Shown here: piece after piece, positions 17,670 to 26,498 of the stretch
Layout: each line of letters starts with the position of its first letter
Numbering within the stretch: position 1 is the first letter of the stretch
Source: a virus
Taxonomy: Duplodnaviria; Caudoviricetes
IMG/VR virus record: IMGVR_UViG_3300024259_000011
Strand: one strand, 5' to 3'
DNA: 64,000 nt
Translations under genes and position numbers: made by a program
Notes under the pieces: model-generated
What the model saw: the letters and a program-made list of their open reading frames with translations, nothing else
Database searches by the model: none
Told to the model about the DNA's origin: nothing

Positions 17670-18089
17670 CTAAATGAATTTGCCCCAAGAGTCGCCTGCA
17701 ATATTTAAGATTCCATCAATATTAACACCCGGGTCGTTTGGAGCTATGCCACCAAGAGGGCTCCCGGGCTTGGGTTCTCCGGACGGAGCGGTGGTATTAG
17801 CCATCGCTTCTGTTCCTTCAAAAATGTTAACACCGCCGTAGGCATCCTTGTTGATTGACTCAATAAGATCCTGTCGCGCCTGAACTCGACCCGGGCTTGG
17901 TGCCGGATAGGGTTTTTGTGGTGGCTTGGTAGTAGAGGCAGCTTTCTGCTCTACCAATGAGGACGCGCCAGTAAGCCCCTGTGCAACCTCAGAGATAATA
18001 CCAGACAAAACCCCATCTTCAAACATGACTTCTTTAATGCATTCTTTGATCAGGGGTTTGAGCACAGCCTTTAGTTCGGCTTTGTTCAT
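17670..18089 (-). CDS. Hypothetical head-module protein (139 aa)
   Basis: MNKAELKAVLKPLIKECIKEV N-terminus; tightly packed in the head cluster. Confidence 0.8.
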   Translation of the reverse strand: MNKAELKAVLKPLIKECIKEVMFEDGVLSGIISEVAQGLTGASSLVEQKAASTTKPPQKPYPAPSPGRVQARQDLIESINKDAYGGVNIFEGTEAMANTTAPSGEPKPGSPLGGIAPNDPGVNIDGILNIAGDSWGKFI

Positions 18090-18090
18090 A

Positions 18091-18465
18091 TTACTCCCCT
18101 TCAGGTGCCGGAAGCGGAGCTTCCTCGTTTCCAGCGACTTTAACGCCCATCTCTTGAGCCAGTGCCAGCATCATTTCAGAAGGAGACATGCCAAGTGCCT
18201 CGGACGCTGCGTCCAAAACAGGTGTCGCTTCGCCTTCGCCCCTTGCAGCAACTCTGCCGCCAACGGTAGCGCGTTGATATGCGGGTCGTTCTCTGTGAGA
18301 TCCGTGTCTGCCTCCGGGCATGCCCATTCCGCCAAGACCAATCTCTTCGATCTTCTCGTCGTCATCGGCACCCTCAGTGGTGACTTCTTCCTCGTCCTCT
18401 TCGTTCATAACTGACTCTAGTTCCTCAAGGATAATAGCCTTGAGCCTTGCCTTAGTGATTTTCAT
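18091..18465 (-). CDS. Hypothetical acidic prohead core/internal-like protein (124 aa)
   Basis: MKITKARLKAIILEELE N-terminal helix followed by an acidic low-complexity tract; GGAG SD; directly downstream of the protease. Confidence 0.75.
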   Translation of the reverse strand: MKITKARLKAIILEELESVMNEEDEEEVTTEGADDDEKIEEIGLGGMGMPGGRHGSHRERPAYQRATVGGRVAARGEGEATPVLDAASEALGMSPSEMMLALAQEMGVKVAGNEEAPLPAPEGE

Positions 18466-18471
18466 TTCGTT

Positions 18472-19080
18472 TTACTCCTCAACGATTTCATTTAATAAGC
18501 GGTTAATCTTGTCCGCTTTAGTAAGAATGTTTGGTTCTTCATAACTCTTGCCTTCACTTAGTCCCATGAAGGCGTCGGGAGTTGAGGGCTCTGATACAAA
18601 GTCAAAGCAGATTAATTGAAAATCATCTTCGACCATGGTGCGCCCTTGCGACTCACTGACCGAACCCAGCCCGCGAGAAGAAATCCCCAACTTGACACCA
18701 TCATTAACAAGCTCTCGTAAGATCTTGCCCGATGGTGTACCTAAAATTTTGACCTTTCCCATAACCGAAGGTCCGTCCCACCACACATCAGTGACCATGT
18801 GGGAGGCGTTCTTAAGGTTAATAACAGAATCCTCAGGGTGGTCTAGTTCCCCAAGGGCTCTTTTCTCTTTTACCAACTTCTGGTAATTCTTCATCTCTCT
18901 TTCTAGGATTCTCCTAGGATAGACACGTCCATTACCATTCTGAACATCTGCTTCTTGCAGCTTGCCAGAGAGCATCATACCGCCATTTCCGATATAGATC
19001 TTCTCCTCTTCCGTCAGGAGATCCTGACAGACGCCGCCTTCGCATAGTTCATAATATTCTCGTAAAAGTATTTTCTTCAT
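18472..19080 (-). CDS. gp21: Prohead maturation protease (T4 gp21-like)
   Basis: NGNGRVYP, ALGELDHP, GISSRGLGS and FDFVSEPS motifs (His/Ser/Asp catalytic residues). Confidence 0.93.
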   Translation of the reverse strand: MKKILLREYYELCEGGVCQDLLTEEEKIYIGNGGMMLSGKLQEADVQNGNGRVYPRRILEREMKNYQKLVKEKRALGELDHPEDSVINLKNASHMVTDVWWDGPSVMGKVKILGTPSGKILRELVNDGVKLGISSRGLGSVSESQGRTMVEDDFQLICFDFVSEPSTPDAFMGLSEGKSYEEPNILTKADKINRLLNEIVEE

Positions 19081-19101
19081 AATATTTCTCTAATAAGGTG
19101 A

Positions 19102-19118
19102 CGGGCGTTACCCGCCCG
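19102..19118 (-). other. GC-rich hairpin CGGGCG-GGTAA-CGCCCG directly after the peptide's TGA
   Basis: 6-bp perfect stem, extendable by TGA/TCA pairing across a 2-nt bulge; no U-tract, so not a classic terminator. Confidence 0.6.
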
Positions 19119-19120
19119 AT

Positions 19121-19189
19121 TCAGCAGCCCTTCTTGCAGTTACGCACTGGCTGAAGCATCCACTTCGCTGTCCAGATATCTGTATCCAT
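19121..19189 (-). CDS. Unannotated 22-aa Cys-containing peptide MDTDIWTAKWMLQPVRNCKKGC
   Basis: ATG overlaps the upstream stop (TAATG); AGGGAG SD 5 nt upstream; fills the gap between two genes; ends in TGA at the base of a hairpin. Below the ORF-track size cut-off. Confidence 0.6.
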   Translation of the reverse strand: MDTDIWTAKWMLQPVRNCKKGC

Positions 19190-19491
19190 TATTGCTCCCT
19201 TCCTATTTGTATGCCATTGTCGCCAAACATCGTACTTAGGATGTATGATGTGGCGGATGAGACACAGCCGCAAATAAGTAAATTAGCAACCGTATACTCA
19301 AACGTAAATAGTTCTGTATTGTAGTTAACGCCATACAAAAATACACCAACCCAGAAGCCAACACACATGGGGCAATGAAATAAATCGCCCCAGAATCCAA
19401 CTAAGGGTCTTACTCGATCAAAAATCTTGCCATAAACGATAATCTGGGTCATCCCATATGCCGCTAGGCAAAACCAAAGTAACTGATACAT
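19189..19491 (-). CDS. Small membrane protein with a CPxC motif (DUF1360-like)
   Basis: Hydrophobic helices flanking GDLFHCPMCVGFWVG; GAGG SD. Confidence 0.6.
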   Translation of the reverse strand: MYQLLWFCLAAYGMTQIIVYGKIFDRVRPLVGFWGDLFHCPMCVGFWVGVFLYGVNYNTELFTFEYTVANLLICGCVSSATSYILSTMFGDNGIQIGREQ

Positions 19492-19500
19492 TTACACCTC

Positions 19501-20076
19501 TTATGCTCTGTAAAATCTATTATGCATATATGCGTTGCGATAAATGCCGGGGCGGATTGAGCCCTTCTCTCGCTTGTGTGGAACTTCGCCAAGCTCTGTA
19601 GAGTCTTCACCATCAGGGTTTGTCAATGCCTCTTCTTCTTGTTCATCAAACATGCGTTGATACATGAAGCGGGGAGCCTCTTCTTCCATAAACTTTGTAA
19701 TATTCAAAACTGCAACCTGTACGCCGTCCACGCCGTCATCTGCGGCGTCTTCTATTGTGCCTTGCATGGCACCGTATACATTTCCACCTTGAACAGTTTC
19801 TCTGGCTATGACGCCTTTCTTTACCAGATAATCAAATAGCCGGCTCTGTGCATCGTATACCATGTCGTTGACCTCATCCTTCGCGAAAGCGATTACGGAC
19901 TGACTCTTTCCGGAAATGATAATATCAATGTCTTCATGATCGTAAACAACTAAGTCGCCACCCAGAGTCTTGCGAACATCTAAGGAGACAGTCGCTTGGG
20001 TTTCCCTATTAGTATCGACGCGGTTTTCTTCATCGAACTCATCGCCTTGCCCAACTTTGATTACAATCTCTGCCAT
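19501..20076 (-). CDS. Hypothetical acidic protein (191 aa)
   Basis: Start overlaps the upstream stop; no recognised motif. Confidence 0.8.
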   Translation of the reverse strand: MAEIVIKVGQGDEFDEENRVDTNRETQATVSLDVRKTLGGDLVVYDHEDIDIIISGKSQSVIAFAKDEVNDMVYDAQSRLFDYLVKKGVIARETVQGGNVYGAMQGTIEDAADDGVDGVQVAVLNITKFMEEEAPRFMYQRMFDEQEEEALTNPDGEDSTELGEVPHKREKGSIRPGIYRNAYMHNRFYRA

Positions 20077-20891
20077 TAGCTGTTAATCTCCGCTGCTAGT
20101 TCTTGAATCTTCATGATTTGCATGAGCATATCACGGTCGATCTGGCGTTGTGAAAAGCCGTTCAAGGTTGCCATGACCTTATTTGTCTTGGCAAGCATTT
20201 TGGTGTCGCCGGAGATCTCATTAAGTGAGCGTGAGTCGCCCACAACATTCTTAAGCCTAGCTAACTCTTCGTTCAAGAACATCTTAAGCGCAACACCATT
20301 GTCAGAGAACGAAACAATGTATGCGCTCAGCAGATTGTTCTGCTCAACGCGCAATGTTTGCGAATACTGATCATTAAACTTCTTCACGAAGGTCTGATAA
20401 ACAATATTATCAATTGGTTTTGTATTCTCAGTCAGTGCTTCGACTGAAGAATTCATTTTGCTCAGAACCTTGTTCTCTAAGAGGGTACGCCTCTTGATAG
20501 TGGTTCTTGTATCAAAGATCTGTGCGATAGTCGCAAGGTCTTTGTAGTTAGGCACAAACGTAGTAAACGTGTCCTTGCCCAGTTCTCTGTTGATGGTGCC
20601 AATAAGCTGCGACTGCTGCTCAAACGCCTCTTCTTGATTCAAAGCGCTGTAAACTCGCTTGACTTCCAAAAGAAGCTTCTCTGCAGTCATCTCATTGACA
20701 TCCGTAGTCTCGTATAGGGTTCTGTAGAGTTCAAGTTCAAGCCCCAGAGTTGTATCACGCCTAAAGAACTCTTTCATGATGGATACTATCTTTCGTTTCC
20801 GAACAACATCCTTGTTCACTACGCTGATGGTTAATTCTCTCACTAACGTTTCATATAAAAACGCTGTATTTCTTTTTTTGTTATGCTTCAT
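20076..20891 (-). CDS. Hypothetical helical head-module protein (MKHNKKRNTAFLYE..., 271 aa)
   Basis: Start reassigned from 20924 to the ATG at 20891, which has a GGAG SD and overlaps the portal stop by 11 nt. Confidence 0.8.
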   Translation of the reverse strand: MKHNKKRNTAFLYETLVRELTISVVNKDVVRKRKIVSIMKEFFRRDTTLGLELELYRTLYETTDVNEMTAEKLLLEVKRVYSALNQEEAFEQQSQLIGTINRELGKDTFTTFVPNYKDLATIAQIFDTRTTIKRRTLLENKVLSKMNSSVEALTENTKPIDNIVYQTFVKKFNDQYSQTLRVEQNNLLSAYIVSFSDNGVALKMFLNEELARLKNVVGDSRSLNEISGDTKMLAKTNKVMATLNGFSQRQIDRDMLMQIMKIQELAAEINS

Positions 20892-22854
20892 TCTTTTTTG
20901 ACTCCAATCTCTGCAAGCTCTCAATCAAATGTTGAGTTTCGGAATGGCTGGCTTGAACTTTTCGTTCTTCGGTGTAATTAGGTTCGACATTCTCCGAAAG
21001 CCCATTTCCAAGTCGTGTCAGGTCACTCATTCCTTTAAAAATGTTTCTTGTTGAGTTGCTGGCAATCGACATACCCGAATCTGCATGGTAACTGCGCTTT
21101 CTTGCGCCGGCTCCACGGGAGTCACTAGCAACAGGGTAATATACCTTGCCCTTAGAGCCCGGTGTAACGTATCCTCCGTCATCACGGTGTCCCGGTGCCG
21201 CCAATAGCGCGGTTTCTTCTTCTTCACCGCCCATCTCTTCGCCACCTTCTTCACCGCCGAGGTCCATTTCCTCGCCTTCCATGTCGCCGCCAAGGTCACC
21301 GCCTAGATCACCTAAGCCGCCCTCTTCTCCGCCTAGTTCGCCGCCTAGTTCGCCACCAAGACCGCCGGCGGCGTCATCCTCAGCGGGAGGTTCGGCTGCA
21401 GCCTCAAGCATCGCCTGCATCTTCTTATCATAGAACATTTCACGCTGGTTACGCAAGAATTCTTCGTCAGACATGCCAAGTAAGTTCTCGGAGACCCAAC
21501 GCCGGCTGAAAAAGCCTTCGGTTGCCGCCGATGCAACATCAAACTTGGTCCTCCAGTGTTCTAGTTCTTGCAACTCCGCAATCTTGGATGGATTATTAAG
21601 CTGGAGCTTGAAAGAAATGAGGTCATCGCCCCTGAACCCTAATGTGAACAAGTGAATGATGCCAACTTTCTCCAACTCGGAGATCATAGAGCGCTGCAGC
21701 CGAGTGATGGTGCGCGCAAAGCGGATATCCTTCTGTGCTAAAGTCGTCTTGTCTTCCTCACCGCCTTCGCCGCGTGAAAGATAGGACATTGGAATCTTTA
21801 GAGCAGAGAATAGCTTATCACGTAGGTACTTAACATCATCAATATCGCCAGTGTACGTTCCACCGGGCAAAGACTCAACTCGACTAGACTCTTGACCGCG
21901 AACAGGGATGAAGTAGTCTTCATCAATGCTCATTGGGTTATACCGAAGGTCTACTCGACCGGTGGTGGGGTCAACAACTTGGTTTCTCTTCATCTGAGTC
22001 GTGACTTTCTGCATAAACTGTTCTACATCGTGCGGAGGGATGTTACCAACGTCAATATAGAACACTCGGCGCTCTGGAGAGCGCACAATTCGGTATGCCA
22101 TCATCGCATCTTCAAGCAAAGTAAGCTGGCGCCAGATTCGGCGGGCTCCTTCAAGCACTGAAGTGCCATATGGGGCGAACTTATCATTGCCAAGGATACG
22201 GAAGTGTGCAACCTGCCAGTTTTCAAAGGTTAATCCACCCGAGTTCCACTGGTATTGTACATAATTGGGGTTGGTCTTGTCTTCACCTTCCAATCTTTCA
22301 AGCTCTTCCAGTGGAATGCCCACGGCGTTCTTGATTCCATGTGTCTCATCGATGTCCAAGTATAAAAAGTAGTCACCGAACTTACACATTGTACGGCACC
22401 AACCAAAAAGGTTAGAGTCTAGGTTCAGGATCTTATGGTATAGGTTGTCCAACACAACTTTAATCTCGTCGTTGGAGCAATTAATCTTCAGCAAGGGGCT
22501 GAGGATTGTGGAGGTGGTCATCTCATCTGCATAAATATCTAAAGCAGATGCAATCTCGGGCATGTACTCCATCTGATCAAAGTCAAGATAGCGCTCTTGA
22601 CGATTTTGGTTTGCCATCACTTGGGCGCTGAGGTTGTCGTACGGGTTGTAGGACGTTCTCTTAAAGTTCAAGCCGCCGGCAGACGTAAAGTTGAACTTGT
22701 CTAGCTGTGCGCGCCGATAGCGCCGCTGCATTTGCACGCGGCGATTAACAATCGGACCAGAGAGCAATCGAGTCAGGCGCTTGAACAGCGGCGACTCTGG
22801 ATTACGTGGATTTTTCAAGTTTGGATTTGATTTTTTGGAGTTTTGTTGAGCCAT
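20881..22854 (-). CDS. gp20: Portal protein (T4 gp20-like)
   Basis: PEIASALDIYADE, LEDAMMAYRIVRSPERRVFYIDVGNIPP, EDYFIPVRG, LPGG...DIDDVKYLRDKLFSALKIP and KDIRFARTI motifs; GGAT SD. Confidence 0.96.
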   Translation of the reverse strand: MAQQNSKKSNPNLKNPRNPESPLFKRLTRLLSGPIVNRRVQMQRRYRRAQLDKFNFTSAGGLNFKRTSYNPYDNLSAQVMANQNRQERYLDFDQMEYMPEIASALDIYADEMTTSTILSPLLKINCSNDEIKVVLDNLYHKILNLDSNLFGWCRTMCKFGDYFLYLDIDETHGIKNAVGIPLEELERLEGEDKTNPNYVQYQWNSGGLTFENWQVAHFRILGNDKFAPYGTSVLEGARRIWRQLTLLEDAMMAYRIVRSPERRVFYIDVGNIPPHDVEQFMQKVTTQMKRNQVVDPTTGRVDLRYNPMSIDEDYFIPVRGQESSRVESLPGGTYTGDIDDVKYLRDKLFSALKIPMSYLSRGEGGEEDKTTLAQKDIRFARTITRLQRSMISELEKVGIIHLFTLGFRGDDLISFKLQLNNPSKIAELQELEHWRTKFDVASAATEGFFSRRWVSENLLGMSDEEFLRNQREMFYDKKMQAMLEAAAEPPAEDDAAGGLGGELGGELGGEEGGLGDLGGDLGGDMEGEEMDLGGEEGGEEMGGEEEETALLAAPGHRDDGGYVTPGSKGKVYYPVASDSRGAGARKRSYHADSGMSIASNSTRNIFKGMSDLTRLGNGLSENVEPNYTEERKVQASHSETQHLIESLQRLESKKNEA

Positions 22855-22857
22855 TTG

Positions 22858-24459
22858 TTATCCTTTATAAAGCCATTTGTATTCTTCGTGTTCTTTTCTG
22901 ACAGCTTCTGATTGACTTTGTTTCATTGTATCAAAAGTTCCGCCTTTTTTATAACCTATTTGACCTTGCATCTTAGTTTCTAGTTTTGAGCCTGTTTTAA
23001 TCATGGCGCCTAAGCATGCTTTCTTGTATTCAATATTGCGCGCATTGGCTACAAACGCGGTGTCTCGGACCCAGCATGCGATTGCCAACGACATAACAAG
23101 GTCATCGTTGTAGCCCCTCATAGCCTGAGGCTTCCCATTGTTCCAAATAAAAGTCTCAAGCTCGCGCAAAGTCCTGCTCGAATATATTGTAATTAGTTTA
23201 TTCCTGATAAACTCTTCCAATTTTGCGACGATCAATGGTCTTGTCTTCATGGAAGTTGTGAAACCGGGTACGGAGTTGGACATTCCTTCAGCGATGTGTT
23301 GCTCCACGTAGTCGTGCGTGGACTTCACGGAGTGATAAACATTCGGATAAGATTTGTCGATTAGTTTCTCTAAAACAGAAAAACCAACGTTATTGTTCTC
23401 AACGACAATCATGCAGTTGCCATACTCTCTGCCGGCAGAATCCAATATTGTTGCGAACATATCGAGGCTGGGCTTTCCCTGATACTCAGCTATGATTTCT
23501 AGCGTTTCGAGTTTAACTATGTGAAACACAGAATAGTCTGCGCCGTCGCCGCGTGCAACATCAGCAACCAGAACATACGAGGCGCCGGGAAGGTGTTCTT
23601 CCCAGATCCAGTAGTTCCTGTCGAACCCCGTTCTATGTTTCGGATCGGATACAGTGTCACGGATACGGGCAATGTCCTCCGGGTGGATTACCGTATCCCC
23701 GGAAGTATTAAAGTTGCACTCGAACTCTTGAGAGATTTCTCGACGAGACATGTTCCTTGTTTCTTTCTCAAACCATTCCTGATCTCGATCAGGGTGCAGA
23801 TCCCACATAAGCTTAATAGGATTAAAGTCGTTCTCTCCCGCCTCCGCGTTTACATACTTTGTATGGAACCAGTTACCAACACCGTTGGGGGTAGACAGCG
23901 AGATAACTCGCCCACCAGTTGAAATCGTAGGGTATAGACCCATCCACAGTTCATCCAAGCCGTCAATATGAGCAGCCTCATCCAGCACCAAAAGAGACAG
24001 CGCCTCAGAACGACCGGCATCGCCAGAGGTTGAAGACGCTTTAATCTGTGAGCCATTGGTTAGCTCAAATGACGTGCGGTTGTCTACTTCGATAGAGGAG
24101 ATCTGAATAAAGTCCGGAAGCCCTCTCATCATCGCCTTGACTTTCTTGACCAAGTTTGCGGCAGTGCCGAACTTAGTAGCCATAACTAGGACGTTCTTAT
24201 CACGGTGGAACAACATCATCCAAACGATGTAAGCCGCTACGATGGTAGAGATCCCCATCTGGCGGGCTTTAAGAATCACATTAAATCTGTGATCGTTGAA
24301 AGCTACCAGCAAGTCTTGCTGGAAGTCGTATGTAGCGAACGGAATAAGACCGTGAATAGGGTGAGAGATTCTGCAGTAATTGTCAATAAAATAAACTGGG
24401 TCTTTACCGCTTTTTAAAATCTCTTTTACGCTTTCCTCTTTCGATAGTTTAAAAGCCAT
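22858..24459 (-). CDS. gp17: Terminase large subunit (T4 gp17-like)
   Basis: Walker A region ILKARQMGIST, Walker B LLVLDEAAH, coupling motif STPNG, nuclease DVARGDGADYS and DDLVMSLAI. Confidence 0.96.
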   Translation of the reverse strand: MAFKLSKEESVKEILKSGKDPVYFIDNYCRISHPIHGLIPFATYDFQQDLLVAFNDHRFNVILKARQMGISTIVAAYIVWMMLFHRDKNVLVMATKFGTAANLVKKVKAMMRGLPDFIQISSIEVDNRTSFELTNGSQIKASSTSGDAGRSEALSLLVLDEAAHIDGLDELWMGLYPTISTGGRVISLSTPNGVGNWFHTKYVNAEAGENDFNPIKLMWDLHPDRDQEWFEKETRNMSRREISQEFECNFNTSGDTVIHPEDIARIRDTVSDPKHRTGFDRNYWIWEEHLPGASYVLVADVARGDGADYSVFHIVKLETLEIIAEYQGKPSLDMFATILDSAGREYGNCMIVVENNNVGFSVLEKLIDKSYPNVYHSVKSTHDYVEQHIAEGMSNSVPGFTTSMKTRPLIVAKLEEFIRNKLITIYSSRTLRELETFIWNNGKPQAMRGYNDDLVMSLAIACWVRDTAFVANARNIEYKKACLGAMIKTGSKLETKMQGQIGYKKGGTFDTMKQSQSEAVRKEHEEYKWLYKG

Positions 24460-24465
24460 GCCATC

Positions 24466-25032
24466 TTAGTCGTTCTTTCTTGTCACGTTGGAAGGCTTTT
24501 TGGTTCCAGAGAACTTGTCCTTACCCATGCCCAGCCAACTCTTGATTGCTGAGTCTACGTCACGGTTTGCTGAGCCGTTGTCTGAATCTTCTACTTCTTT
24601 CAAGCCGCCGATCTTATATACCTGACAAGCCTTAACGGATGTTCTGATTCTGGAAATGTATTCTACTAGGATATCACAATCCCCTTCCTTGCTCAAGGTT
24701 AGCCCGTCGCCGGTCACCTTCTTATATTCGCTGCGAAGATACTTTGCAACGTTGGCGACCTTCTCGTTAATAACATCCTCAAAACCAGATTCGTGTACGT
24801 GCTTAAGCATACAATCATATTGATAGCTGATGATCAATCGATTGCCTTGGAAGCGTATGCCAAAGCCGTCCATTGCGGCGCCTCGGGAGTCCGTGATAAC
24901 GTCTCCCTCCTCACGGAAAAGACCGATCTTGCGCGCCTCGCCGTCATATGAATACTTCTCGTCATGCCCGCCGTCATAAGCGTTCGCTGCAGCTTGCGAG
25001 AGTCCTCTGATTACTTCAAGTGTTGTTGCCAT
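24466..25032 (-). CDS. Hypothetical protein (188 aa) upstream of terminase
   Basis: GGAG SD; tightly packed; no recognised motif. Confidence 0.8.
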   Translation of the reverse strand: MATTLEVIRGLSQAAANAYDGGHDEKYSYDGEARKIGLFREEGDVITDSRGAAMDGFGIRFQGNRLIISYQYDCMLKHVHESGFEDVINEKVANVAKYLRSEYKKVTGDGLTLSKEGDCDILVEYISRIRTSVKACQVYKIGGLKEVEDSDNGSANRDVDSAIKSWLGMGKDKFSGTKKPSNVTRKND

Positions 25033-25426
25033 TTGTTTTATTATCTCCTAGTTGTGGACGCCAGCCTGTTTTCCAACGTTCTTCGCGGTCTTCGACGTAC
25101 TGAATGTAACAGCCGAAGCAGCATTTGAACTTATTCATATACACATCATCTTTTTTGTCAAATGAGTATATCTCGCAAACCGGACATGTCCTGTTGGTTT
25201 CTCTACTAAGTAGTTTTTGAGAAACTAAAATGCCATTAACTTCAACCTTCTCCACTTTCTGTGCGAGTTCATTCATTCGCTGATTGCGGGTCTTAAGTTG
25301 TTCGACGAAATCATGCTCCTTTTCCTCAGTCCAGTTTCGACGTGGGTTTTGAACAGTTTCTTTACCGTATTTATCGGCAATGGCTTTCTCAATCTTAATA
25401 ACATAGTTGGGGTCTTTCTTTCCCAT
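25016..25426 (-). CDS. Putative zinc-binding protein (136 aa)
   Basis: CPVC...KCCFGC motif. Start reassigned to MGKKDPNY at 25426, 1 nt after the upstream stop. Confidence 0.7.
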   Translation of the reverse strand: MGKKDPNYVIKIEKAIADKYGKETVQNPRRNWTEEKEHDFVEQLKTRNQRMNELAQKVEKVEVNGILVSQKLLSRETNRTCPVCEIYSFDKKDDVYMNKFKCCFGCYIQYVEDREERWKTGWRPQLGDNKTNGNNT

Positions 25427-25427
25427 T

Positions 25428-25886
25428 CTACTTTCCCGACGCAGAAAGTACCGCGTATACAATGCCCAGCGTAATCATGGCGCCGCCGGTTGCACCGCCG
25501 GCAATCCACCAAGCCCTGTTAGATGGGGCGCTGGTGTTAATGAGCCGCTGCAGTTCAGCGATCTCTGTGTCTTTCTGAGTTACTGTGAGTTTATACTCTT
25601 CGCTCAGTGCTGTATAACTTGAGTTAACCGTGTCCATTCTAAGCTTAAACTCCGTGGACTGTACATCAAGCTGATACTCTAATTCTAAATCAAACTCAAG
25701 CCGAAGTGATTCCGGCATCGCCAATAACTCTGCGGTTGCTCTAGGGTTGAACAAGGTTCCACGGAATGGCGCAGGCTGCTGATAATCCTGAAAAGTGAAT
25801 TGGGGAGTTGCGGCATCGGCTGGTTCCTCGGCAAAAGCCGGGGGACCAAACGCTAGGCAAAAGGTTAATAATATTTTACTCCACAT
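25428..25886 (-). CDS. Exported protein with a C-terminal transmembrane helix (possible spanin partner)
   Basis: Signal peptide MWSKILLTFCLAFGPPAFA-EE, coiled coil, C-terminal WWIAGGATGGAMITLGIVYAV; overlaps the upstream TM/coiled-coil gene. Start ambiguous (25886 or 25898). Confidence 0.5.
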   Translation of the reverse strand: MWSKILLTFCLAFGPPAFAEEPADAATPQFTFQDYQQPAPFRGTLFNPRATAELLAMPESLRLEFDLELEYQLDVQSTEFKLRMDTVNSSYTALSEEYKLTVTQKDTEIAELQRLINTSAPSNRAWWIAGGATGGAMITLGIVYAVLSASGK

Positions 25887-26295
25887 ACTCAAAGCCAAAC
25901 TCCTGTTCGATCTGTTCCGCCACCCCTTCAGGGTGCTCAGACCACTCTCTCTCGATTTTATTAATCTTGCGGTTTCTCTCTCTTTCTAACTCTTCTCTGG
26001 TTTTTTCGTATTCTTCTTCAATCGCTGCTATCGATTCCAGAAAGCTCTCCATAAGGAGTTGTTGTTCGCGAAGCTGTGTTTCGTGAATCACTTTAAGCCC
26101 TTCAATCTGGGCTTGAGAAGACTCAATCCGAGTCTGGTATGCTGTTTCCATTGACCTGTAGTCGCTTTGCATCTTGAGAAAGAGTGCTATCGACAATGCC
26201 AAAATGAGCAGAATCTTCCAATGCTTGATAGCAAAGGGCAGCACCCTCTCCCATGTCGAAGAAAGTACTGCCCATGCAGCGCGTAGCTGAATCAT
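25876..26295 (-). CDS. Inner-membrane spanin-like protein (Rz-like)
   Basis: N-terminal TM helix KILLILALSIALFL followed by a long coiled coil; ATGA overlap with the holin-like gene. Confidence 0.55.
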   Translation of the reverse strand: MIQLRAAWAVLSSTWERVLPFAIKHWKILLILALSIALFLKMQSDYRSMETAYQTRIESSQAQIEGLKVIHETQLREQQLLMESFLESIAAIEEEYEKTREELERERNRKINKIEREWSEHPEGVAEQIEQEFGFEYVE

Positions 26296-26489
26296 TCTAG
26301 TCCCTTAAGTTTGGCAATGCCATCAATGACAGTTTGTCCACCGATATAAATGCCAGAGATAATGACCCAATCTGACGATTCAAGCCCTGCGTAAATCATC
26401 AGTGCTGTGGCTGTGAGCCACACCATGAACTTACGAGATATCATCTTCTCGATCAGTCTATCCAGTTTTCCTTTTGCTACTGCCATCAT
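26292..26489 (-). CDS. Holin-like small membrane protein
   Basis: 65 aa, SRKFMVWL motif, two hydrophobic segments, basic termini, AGGAGG SD, Met-Met start. Confidence 0.6.
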   Translation of the reverse strand: MMAVAKGKLDRLIEKMISRKFMVWLTATALMIYAGLESSDWVIISGIYIGGQTVIDGIAKLKGLE

Positions 26490-26498
26490 AGTTACCTC

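Noticed and set aside
20892-20924. ORF-track N-terminal extension (MRACRDWSQKR) of the 282-aa ORF
   Set aside because: Overlaps the portal C-terminus; the ATG at 20891 has a GGAG SD and gives a more plausible start.
22858-24459. Intein or intron in the terminase, primase or giant gene
   Set aside because: TerL and primase are of ordinary length with contiguous motifs; no HINT (C...HN-[CST]) or homing-endonuclease signature was recognised.
25427-25462. ORF-track extension (MYTRYFLRRESR) of the Zn-finger gene
   Set aside because: Overlaps the upstream gene's TM-coding end; the ATG at 25426 directly follows its stop.
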